From contig CAZMID010000007.1 of the NCBI GenBank assembly GCA_964566255.1, positions 1 through 56,951 of the forward strand: DNA of 56,951 bases, given 5' to 3'. Below, one piece after another: positions 50,428 through 56,859 of the stretch (position 1 is its first letter; each line of letters starts with the position of its first letter). The DNA comes from an uncultured Planctomycetia bacterium. Its GTDB lineage: Bacteria; Omnitrophota; Gorgyraeia; Gorgyraeales; Gorgyraeaceae. Position numbers and translations under genes: made by a program. The notes under the pieces were generated by a model that had not been told where the DNA came from, did not search any database, and saw only the letters and a program-made list of their open reading frames with translations.

Positions 50428-50997
50428 ATGGGAATGATAGAGATCAGATGGCATGGTAGAGGCGGACAAGGCGCAAAGACAGCTTCACAGTTTTTAGGGG
50501 AAGCTGCGCTTGATACAGGCAAATTCATTCAGTCTTTTCCTGAATATGGGCCTGAAAGAGCAGGCGCTCCAATGAGAGCCTTTAATCGTATAAGTGAAAA
50601 GAATATAACTATACATAGCTCTGTTACAAGTCCTGATATTGTAGTGGTAATAGATCCTACACTTGTAGGCGCTATTGATGTGACAGAGGGCATGGATGAT
50701 AAAGGTATACTTTTAGTAAATACAGATAAATCTCCTGAAGATATACGAAAGATAACGAATTTCAAAAAAGGAAAAGTTGGTACAGTAGATGCTACAAAGA
50801 TTGCACTTGAAACTTTAAAACTTCCGATGCCAAATATGCCAATGCTTGGAGCGCTATTAAAAGCAAATTCGCTTGTTACAGTAGAGCAACTTTCTGAGAG
50901 GGTAAAGGGAAAGTTTTTGAAAAAGATAGGTGAACAAAAGACAAATGCTAATTTAGAAGGTATAAAAAGGGCATATAACGAGGTAAAGATAAATTAA
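50428..50997 (+). CDS. porG: pyruvate (2-oxoacid):ferredoxin oxidoreductase gamma subunit
   Basis: 189 aa; IRWHGRGGQGAKTAS, GPERAGAP; G-D-A-B order typical of four-subunit POR/VOR. Confidence 0.8.
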   Translation: MGMIEIRWHGRGGQGAKTASQFLGEAALDTGKFIQSFPEYGPERAGAPMRAFNRISEKNITIHSSVTSPDIVVVIDPTLVGAIDVTEGMDDKGILLVNTDKSPEDIRKITNFKKGKVGTVDATKIALETLKLPMPNMPMLGALLKANSLVTVEQLSERVKGKFLKKIGEQKTNANLEGIKRAYNEVKIN

Positions 50998-50999
50998 TC

Positions 51000-51287
51000 A
51001 TGGTAGAAAAGAAAAAATCCTGGAAAGAAATCCCAATAGGCGGAAAGATTATAGAAGCAGGTAATGCTGATAAATATAATACAGGTTCCTGGCGTACATT
51101 CAGGCCTGAGAAGAATAAGATAAAGTGTATAAATTGCCTTTTCTGCTGGATATATTGTCCTGATTCTTCAATAAAGGTAGCTGACGGCAAAATGACTGGA
51201 TTTGATTATGATCATTGTAAGGGATGTGGTATATGTGCTTCAGTATGTCCTGTAAAATGTATTGATATGAAGAAGGAAGAAAAATAA
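51000..51287 (+). CDS. porD: pyruvate:ferredoxin oxidoreductase delta (ferredoxin) subunit
   Basis: 95 aa; CINCLFCWIYCP and CKGCGICASVCP. Confidence 0.8.
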   Translation: MVEKKKSWKEIPIGGKIIEAGNADKYNTGSWRTFRPEKNKIKCINCLFCWIYCPDSSIKVADGKMTGFDYDHCKGCGICASVCPVKCIDMKKEEK

Positions 51288-52471
51288 TGACAAAAGTTAA
51301 AAGAGTCCCATTAACAGGAGATCAGGCAGTTGCATTTGCCATGAAACAAATAGAGCCAGATGTTGTGGCTGCTTATCCTATTACGCCTCAAACAGAGATA
51401 GTAATGAATTTTTCAAACTATGTGGCTAATGGAGACGTCTCAACAGAGATGGTTCCTGTAGAGTCTGAGCATAGTGCAATGAGCGCATGCGTAGGTGCTC
51501 AAGCAGCAGGAGCTCGTACAATGACTGCAACTTCTGCAAATGGTCTTGCTCTTATGTGGGAAATAGTTTACATTGCTGCTTCCACAAGACTTCCTATTGT
51601 AATGCCTGTTGTAAATAGGGCTTTATCTGGTCCTATAAATATACATTGTGATCATTCTGATACAATGGGTGCAAGGGATTCTGGATGGATTCAAATTTAT
51701 TGTGAAAGCGCTCAAGAAGCCTATGAAAAAACAATCCTTGCAGTAAGGATTGCAGAACATAAAGATATACTTTTACCTGTAATGGTTTGTCAGGACGGGT
51801 TTATTACAAGTCATGGCGTAGAAGGAATAGAACTTTTTGATGATAATAAGGTTAAGAAATTCATAGGAGAATATAAAGCGCAAAATCCACTTTTAGATGT
51901 TGAAAATCCTGTAACTTACGGACCATTAGATTTACAGGATTATTATTTTGAACATAAACGCCAGGAATCAGAGGCAATGAAAGATTCCTTAAAGAAAATC
52001 CCTGAAGTATTAAAAGAATTTGAAAAAACCTTTGGTAAAAAGTATGATTTTATAGAGACTGATAAACTGGAAGATGCTGAGATCGCAATAGTAGCGCTTT
52101 CATCTACAGCAGGCACTGTAAAATTTGTCATAGATGAATTAAGAGAAAAAGGAATAAAGGCAGGACTTTTAAAACCAATATTTTTTAGACCTTTCCCAAA
52201 AGAAAAAATCTTAAATGCCCTAAAGAATGTAAAAGGTATAGCTATCCTTGATAGGAGTGAGAGTTTTTCAGCAGAAGGTGGTCCTCTTTATACTGAAATT
52301 AAATCAGCTTTATACGATTCAAGTATAAAACCTAATACATTAAATTATATCTATGGGCTTGGCGGAAGAGATATCTATCCAGAGGATATAAAGAAGGTGT
52401 TTGAGGATTTAAAGAGTTCTATTTCAGGAAAAAATATACCCAAAGTAAATTATTTAGGTTCAAGGGAGTAA
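51287..52471 (+). CDS. porA: pyruvate:ferredoxin oxidoreductase alpha subunit
   Basis: 394 aa; LTGDQAVAFAMKQIEPDVVAAYPITPQTEI, ESEHSAMSA. Confidence 0.82.
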   Translation: MTKVKRVPLTGDQAVAFAMKQIEPDVVAAYPITPQTEIVMNFSNYVANGDVSTEMVPVESEHSAMSACVGAQAAGARTMTATSANGLALMWEIVYIAASTRLPIVMPVVNRALSGPINIHCDHSDTMGARDSGWIQIYCESAQEAYEKTILAVRIAEHKDILLPVMVCQDGFITSHGVEGIELFDDNKVKKFIGEYKAQNPLLDVENPVTYGPLDLQDYYFEHKRQESEAMKDSLKKIPEVLKEFEKTFGKKYDFIETDKLEDAEIAIVALSSTAGTVKFVIDELREKGIKAGLLKPIFFRPFPKEKILNALKNVKGIAILDRSESFSAEGGPLYTEIKSALYDSSIKPNTLNYIYGLGGRDIYPEDIKKVFEDLKSSISGKNIPKVNYLGSRE

Positions 52472-52472
52472 A

Positions 52473-53408
52473 ATGGCCAATATAAAAGAACTTTCAAAAC
52501 AACCGGAGCGTTTATCAGGTGGTCATAGGCTTTGCGCTGGATGCGGAGCATCTATAGTAGTGCGTCAGGTCTTAATGGGAACAAAAGATCCTGTAGTAGT
52601 TGGTGCTTCTACCGGATGCTTGGAAGTAGCAACTACCATTTATCCATATACTGCATGGAAGACACCTTTTATTCACAATGCATTTGAGAATGTTGCAGCT
52701 ACTATAAGCGGCGTTGAAACAGCTTATAGAGCCTTAAAGAAAAAAGGAAAGATTAAAAAAGAAATAAAATTCGTTGCGTTCGGTGGCGATGGCGGCACAT
52801 ATGATATAGGTATTCAGGCGCTTTCAGGAGCATTGGAAAGAGGCCATAATTTTGTGTATGTTTGTTATAATAACGAAGCTTATATGAATACTGGGACTCA
52901 GCGTTCCGGCGCTACTCCTAAAGGCGCATCTACTACGACGGCACCTTCTGGAAAGGCAAGTTATGGTAAGGCCCAATTCAGAAAGGATCTTACTGCAATA
53001 GTAGCTGCCCACAAAATTCCTTATGTAGCTCAAGGTTCAGCTTCTCATTGGAATGATCTTATTACAAAGTCAGAAAAGGCTTTTAAGGTAGATGGCCCTG
53101 CATTTTTAAATGTAATTTCCATGTGTCACAGGGGATGGAGATTTCCTCAGGAAAGAACCATAGAGATATCAAAATTAGCAGTTGAGACAGGATTTTGGCC
53201 TTTGATAGAAATAGAAAACGGCCAGTGGAAATTTACATATAAACCTAAACAAAGAAAACCAGTCATAGAATTCCTAAAACCCCAGGGTAGGTTTAAGCAT
53301 CTTTTTAAGGAAGAAAATAAGCATATCCTCGAAGAAATTCAGAAAGATATAGATGATAATTGGGCTCGCTTAGAACATATGTGTGAAGCGAGTTGTAAGG
53401 TTGTATAA
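52473..53408 (+). CDS. porB: pyruvate:ferredoxin oxidoreductase beta (TPP) subunit
   Basis: 311 aa; GHRLCAGCG, GGDGGTYDIGIQALSG, NNEAYMNTGTQRS. Confidence 0.82.
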   Translation: MANIKELSKQPERLSGGHRLCAGCGASIVVRQVLMGTKDPVVVGASTGCLEVATTIYPYTAWKTPFIHNAFENVAATISGVETAYRALKKKGKIKKEIKFVAFGGDGGTYDIGIQALSGALERGHNFVYVCYNNEAYMNTGTQRSGATPKGASTTTAPSGKASYGKAQFRKDLTAIVAAHKIPYVAQGSASHWNDLITKSEKAFKVDGPAFLNVISMCHRGWRFPQERTIEISKLAVETGFWPLIEIENGQWKFTYKPKQRKPVIEFLKPQGRFKHLFKEENKHILEEIQKDIDDNWARLEHMCEASCKVV

Positions 53409-53419
53409 AAATATAGCGT

Positions 53420-53691
53420 TCCCCTGTAGCTCAGTTGGTAGAGCGCGTGGCTGTAAGTTAGCAGCCTCTAGAGGAAACTCTAGAGTGGAAAAGCGTGTAA
53501 ATTCAGGGAAAGCCCAGAATGCTGGGTCAATCCTGAGCCAAGCCCATGAATATGCTGGGAAGGTGCAGAGACTAGACACACGCTGCCTAAAACCAGAAAT
53601 GGTTATGGCAAAGGTATAGTCCGACTCTCCGAGTAATCGGAGTCAGATCGTAACCACGTTGTCCGAGGTTCGAGTCCTCGCGGGGGAGCCA
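53420..53691 (+). tRNA. tRNA-Asn(GTT) interrupted by a group I intron (exon 1 53420-53454, exon 2 53651-53691)
   Basis: Joined exons give a 76-nt cloverleaf: tcccctg / gctc-agttggta-gagc / cgtgg-ctGTTaa-ccacg / ttgtc / cgagg-ttcgagt-cctcg / cggggga-G-CCA. U1-A72 and G73 as in E. coli tRNA-Asn. Confidence 0.85.
53455..53650 (+). ncRNA. group I intron (196 nt, IC3-like, no ORF) in the tRNA-Asn anticodon loop
   Basis: Guide sequence gtta-gcagcc (53457-53466) pairs with exon 2 taac (P10) and exon 1 ggctgt (P1, terminal U.G). P2 tctagag-GAAA-ctctaga; P3 agcgtgt (53492-98)/acacgct (53578-84). Core strings gtaaattcagggaaagcc, gagccaagc and gaaggtgcagagactagac closely match the Azoarcus/cyanobacterial tRNA introns as I remember them. 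Terminal G at 53650. Confidence 0.85.
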
Positions 53692-55042
53692 AGTTGAACG
53701 ACGCCTCATCAAAAGTGGGGCGTTTTTCTTTTAAAGTGTATCTTGAAATATCAGTGGTCGGGTGGGGGCGACCACTGATATTTTCTGTGAAATCTTTTTC
53801 TTCGAAACTCCTTTTATAATATAGTGTTATAAAAATCTCTTCTTTTGAGTAAATAATCTTTTTTATAAAATTTTTTACCCAGATATTTCTGTCTATTCCT
53901 TTTCTTTCATAAAGGCCTTTTACAAAGAGGCGGAGGGTTTGCTCGAAAATTTCTGCTGAAATTTTCGGGGACTCGACTGAAAGTTCGAGTCCTATGCGGT
54001 CACCCAAGTCTGAATTATTGAGCTTGAAGACCAAACTATCAATGTAGTGCTTATCGGCGGAGATTCTTTCTAAGTTTTGGAATATGTAGTTCTCTAATCT
54101 ATTAGCATTTATCTGTTTTATATTACAGCTATTCCAATTTTCTTTAAATGTTTTTGTACAGCGATAATAGTAGTAGTGTTTAGTTCTCCCTTTTCTTTTT
54201 TTGTTAGTATGGCACGGGGTCATATATGAGCCACATTCTTTACAATGTAGAAGGCTGGCTAGAGAATATTCTTTATATATTCTCATTTTACGGTATTTTT
54301 CTTTATGCATTTCTTGAGTTTGATTAAAAGCTTCCTCTGATATAATTGCTTCATGATTTCCTTGATATATTTTATCTATATATTTAATTTTTCCAGTGTA
54401 TATGATGTTTCTTAGGATATAAGCGATTCTGCTTTTTGATACACCTGTTTCTTTATAGATTTTAAAGATAGAGCCATGCTGTAAATAGGAGTCATAAATT
54501 TGTTTTACAATTTTTACCTCATTTTCATTAAAGGACAATTTTTTATTTTCTACTTTATACCCAAAAGGCACAAGCCCGCCATTCCACATACCTTTGCTGG
54601 CTCTTTCAAGCATTTTGTCTTTAGTTCTTTCACTTGCAAGTTCTCGTTCAAACTGCGCAAATGTGAGCATAATATTGCGTAAGAGCCTGCCTGATGGGGT
54701 AGAGGTATCAAATCTTTCGGTAACGGATATAAAATTCACCCCATGTTTATCAAATAATTCAATAAGCTGATAAAAATCTTTAGGAGATCTTGTAAGACGG
54801 TCTATCTTATAGGAAATAATCAGATTGATTTTATGTTCTTTTATGTCATTAAGTAATTCTTGTAAGGCAGGCCGATTAAGGTTGGCACCAGTAAAGCCAG
54901 GGTCACAATAAACCTTAAAAACCTTCATATCTTCCTGACTTTTAATAAAGGACCTGATTTTTGCCTCTTGCGCTTCGCATGAATTAAACTCTACTTCTGC
55001 CTGATTATCCGTACTTACCCTTACATAAATAGCACAGTTCAT
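53603..55042 (-). CDS. large serine recombinase (resolvase/invertase catalytic domain + recombinase domain + zinc ribbon)
   Basis: 479-aa ORF; CAIYVRVSTDNQ (nucleophile Ser), KIDRLTRS, FAQFERELASERT, GGLVPFGY, zinc ribbon CKECGSYMTPC...YYYYRCTK; GGAGG RBS. The last roughly 95 codons are encoded by IR-L, the terminator, tRNA exon 2 and the intron 3' end. Confidence 0.88.
   Translation of the reverse strand: MNCAIYVRVSTDNQAEVEFNSCEAQEAKIRSFIKSQEDMKVFKVYCDPGFTGANLNRPALQELLNDIKEHKINLIISYKIDRLTRSPKDFYQLIELFDKHGVNFISVTERFDTSTPSGRLLRNIMLTFAQFERELASERTKDKMLERASKGMWNGGLVPFGYKVENKKLSFNENEVKIVKQIYDSYLQHGSIFKIYKETGVSKSRIAYILRNIIYTGKIKYIDKIYQGNHEAIISEEAFNQTQEMHKEKYRKMRIYKEYSLASLLHCKECGSYMTPCHTNKKRKGRTKHYYYYRCTKTFKENWNSCNIKQINANRLENYIFQNLERISADKHYIDSLVFKLNNSDLGDRIGLELSVESPKISAEIFEQTLRLFVKGLYERKGIDRNIWVKNFIKKIIYSKEEIFITLYYKRSFEEKDFTENISGRPHPTTDISRYTLKEKRPTFDEASFNLAPPRGLEPRTTWLRSDSDYSESRTIPLP
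53701..53732 (+). terminator. rho-independent terminator of tRNA-Asn (inside left repeat arm)
   Basis: acgcctca-tcaaaag-tggggcgt followed by ttttctttt. Confidence 0.7.
53746..53783. repeat. 38-bp palindrome in IR-L (15-bp arms, 8-nt asymmetric spacer ggtggggg): candidate recombinase site
   Basis: aaatatcagtggtcg-ggtggggg-cgaccactgatattt. Confidence 0.6.
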
Positions 55043-55061
55043 AATACCTCCTAGTATATCT

Positions 55062-56267
55062 TCACCGATTTTTCATCTGTCTTCGAATAAAACCCCCAAG
55101 AAGTGGAACAGCGAATGAATATTTGCCATGTCTATTTTTATATATAAGACCAGCATCACTAAGTGAACTAAGCATCTGGCTGACATGACTATTGCTAAAA
55201 GGTTTTTTCATAGTTTTTTTCGCTAATTCAACAACTTCTTGTACGGCGAATTCTTCCTCACAATTTTCTAGCTGTGCAATTACTAAAAGAAGTTCTCTTT
55301 GACGATCAGTGGCTCTGGACCACCTGCCTGTAAAGAAATCTGTATCTAATTTTCTGGTGATTTCGGTTAATGGAACAGATGGTTCTTGTCCTGCAGCTAT
55401 TTTTGGAAGAAATGCATCATATACTTCCCTACATATGAATTGTATAAAGTAAGGGTAGCCACCAGAATGTTGAATAATAAGATTTACTGATTCATCGTTT
55501 AACTTAAGCGGGTGTTTTTCTATAGGTTTGAGGATAGCATCTCGACTATCGCTTTCATTTAAACGTTTCAAAGTTACAACTCGAAACATTCGCTCTGCGA
55601 ATGTTCTAGAATCTACAAGTTTAGGAAACAATGTGGGAAGTCCTGTTAGAGTTAGCATAAACGGAATGTCTTTTTTCTGAATAGATTGAAATGTATCTAA
55701 TAAAACCCCTAAAGGATATTGTTCCTTACTAGCTTGATCTGATAAATTCTGAGCTTCATCGTAAGCGAAAATTAAACCTTGAATTTTTAAAGGTTTTAAG
55801 CAATTCCATACAAATTCAAGTACATATTTTAGCTTATCTATTACTAATCCGGGAGTATGACTATATAAATTAATTAAGGAATTGAAACCAAGCTTTATTT
55901 CTACTTCTTCGTGATCCGGCTTGAATCCAATTCGCGAAATTTGTTCTTTAGAGATAGTGATGTTGGAGGTTACAACAGATAGATCCGTCAAAAGTCTAAT
56001 TACAAGATTTTCTTCACTTACGCTAGCGGACTCTGAAAGATCAGTGCCAACCCATAGCCATGCTTTTTTAACAGCAATTGGTTTGAATATATCAAGCAGG
56101 ACAGTTTTTCCTACTCCTCGTAGTCCAGTAAGCACCATATTTTCAAGAATAGTTTTTTGTGTAATTAGACGGAGAAATTCTTTTTTTTCAGCTTCTCTGC
56201 CAGCCAAATATGGCGGCATATGACCTGCACCAGGTCGAAATGGATTGGAAATAGAAGGATTCGACAT
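55062..56267 (-). CDS. P-loop ATPase (Orc1/Cdc6- or Arch_ATPase-like AAA+) with C-terminal winged-helix domain
   Basis: 401 aa; NPFRPGAGHMPPYLAGREAEKKEF N-terminus, Walker A GLRGVGKTVLL, Walker B LIFAYDEAQN, C-terminal wHTH-like QRELLLVIAQ...VSQMLSSLSDAGLIYKNRHGKYSF; 19 nt upstream of the recombinase gene. Confidence 0.65.
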   Translation of the reverse strand: MSNPSISNPFRPGAGHMPPYLAGREAEKKEFLRLITQKTILENMVLTGLRGVGKTVLLDIFKPIAVKKAWLWVGTDLSESASVSEENLVIRLLTDLSVVTSNITISKEQISRIGFKPDHEEVEIKLGFNSLINLYSHTPGLVIDKLKYVLEFVWNCLKPLKIQGLIFAYDEAQNLSDQASKEQYPLGVLLDTFQSIQKKDIPFMLTLTGLPTLFPKLVDSRTFAERMFRVVTLKRLNESDSRDAILKPIEKHPLKLNDESVNLIIQHSGGYPYFIQFICREVYDAFLPKIAAGQEPSVPLTEITRKLDTDFFTGRWSRATDRQRELLLVIAQLENCEEEFAVQEVVELAKKTMKKPFSNSHVSQMLSSLSDAGLIYKNRHGKYSFAVPLLGGFIRRQMKNR

Positions 56268-56324
56268 TAAATTATCTCCTTTTAGTTTCTGTTAGTTATA
56301 TTACTAAATTTAGCTTTTGATATA

Positions 56325-56353
56325 AATTTACATTATAAAATAAGAGTTGTCAA
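56325..56353 (-). promoter_or_regulatory. possible promoter of the ATPase-recombinase operon
   Basis: Minus strand TTGACA (56353-56348), 17 nt, TAAATT (56330-56325); about 58 nt upstream of the ATPase ATG, which has an AAGGAG RBS. Confidence 0.4.
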
Positions 56354-56433
56354 GAAAAAAATGAAATTTTTTCTTAGAATAGTTCCAATACAGAACTTTT
56401 TAATGTAGAGATAATGGGCTATATTGATAAAGC

Positions 56434-56635
56434 TATCTGGGTAAAAAAATTTTATAAAAAAGGTAGGTTATTCTAAGGAAGAGATTTCTATAACGCTTTA
56501 TTATAAAAGGAGTTTCGAAGAAAAAGATTTCACAGAAAATATCAGTGGTCGCCCCCACCCGACCACTGATATTTCAAGATACACTTTAAAAGAAAAACGC
56601 CCCACTTTTGATGAGGCGTCGTTCAACTTGGCTCC
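56434..56635. repeat. right inverted-repeat arm (IR-R), includes a decayed copy of the recombinase 3' end
   Basis: Reverse complement of IR-L. The inner 65 nt carry a 1-nt insertion (A7 versus A6) and in-frame stops relative to the recombinase C-terminal coding sequence. Confidence 0.9.
56537..56574. repeat. 38-bp palindrome in IR-R (inverted copy of 53746-53783)
   Basis: aaatatcagtggtcg-cccccacc-cgaccactgatattt. Confidence 0.6.
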
Positions 56636-56721
56636 AGACTTAAAGTTTACTCGAACTATAGATATAATCTTACCAAATACAATTCATGCCTGCAAGAAGA
56701 AAAATCTCTCGTAGCACAACG

Positions 56722-56859
56722 TATAGCTCGGCACTCATCTAGCGGTTTGACCCTACCCAAACCAGCAGATGAGTGTGTCCGCTTGCACTTCCTTAACTCA
56801 TAGTTAGGCGGCCACTATCCCGCTTGTTTATATAATCCAAGTAGCGGGATACCGAGCTA
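56722..56859. other. structured non-coding region (four-helix junction), unidentified RNA candidate
   Basis: 9-bp closing helix atagctcgg (56722-30)/ccgagctat (56851-59). Hairpin cactcatct...agatgagtg (56731-74) with inner gc/ggtttg pairs. Hairpin tatcccgct...agcgggata (56815-50). No ORF of 60 aa or more; higher GC than surroundings. Confidence 0.35.

Larger units (their letters stand above)
53685..53885. repeat. left inverted-repeat arm (IR-L)
   Basis: 53685-53821 is the perfect reverse complement of 56499-56635. 53822-53885 matches 56434-56498 with 10 substitutions and one 1-nt indel by my manual alignment. Confidence 0.9.
53685..56635. mobile_element. inverted-repeat-bounded cassette (large serine recombinase + AAA+ ATPase): candidate invertible segment or novel mobile element
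   Basis: Arms 53685-53885 and 56434-56635 are reverse complements (outer 137 bp perfect); two-gene minus-strand operon inside; left arm begins in the tRNA-Asn acceptor stem. Confidence 0.5.

Noticed and set aside
53370-53619. Track ORFs 53383-53619 (+, 78 aa) and 53370-53579 (-, 69 aa) overlapping the tRNA-Asn and its intron; considered as an intron-encoded protein
   Set aside because: They start in porB or tRNA exon 1 and run through the conserved ribozyme core helices. They have no RBS and no endonuclease or maturase motifs, and a 196-nt intron has no room for a HEG. Treated as chance ORFs in structured RNA.
56434-56498. Inner part of IR-R as a functional coding fragment or second recombinase C-terminus
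   Set aside because: Relative to the recombinase frame it carries a 1-nt insertion in the A-run and in-frame TAA stops, and no upstream coding sequence joins it. Best read as a decayed duplicate.
56636-56665. gttcgagt...ggagcca on the minus strand just outside IR-R, considered as a remnant tRNA-Asn T-loop/3' end (an attR-like duplicate)
   Set aside because: Spacing to the GGAGCCA is wrong (20 versus 16 nt), no T-stem or acceptor pairing can be drawn, and the orientation is inverted relative to the tRNA. An 8-nt match is within chance in this context.
56722-56859. Assignment of the structured right-flank region to a known RNA family (SRP RNA via aaggaagtgcaagc, cobalamin riboswitch via gccact / atcctgcc, tmRNA, RNase P, 6S)
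   Set aside because: Only short partial resemblances. The diagnostic motifs of each family are absent or in the wrong order (the SRP helix-8 GGAA hairpin, the B12 core GGUG..AAUCC..GCCACUG order, the RNase P GGAAAGUCCGG, the tmRNA tRNA-like end). Left as unidentified.
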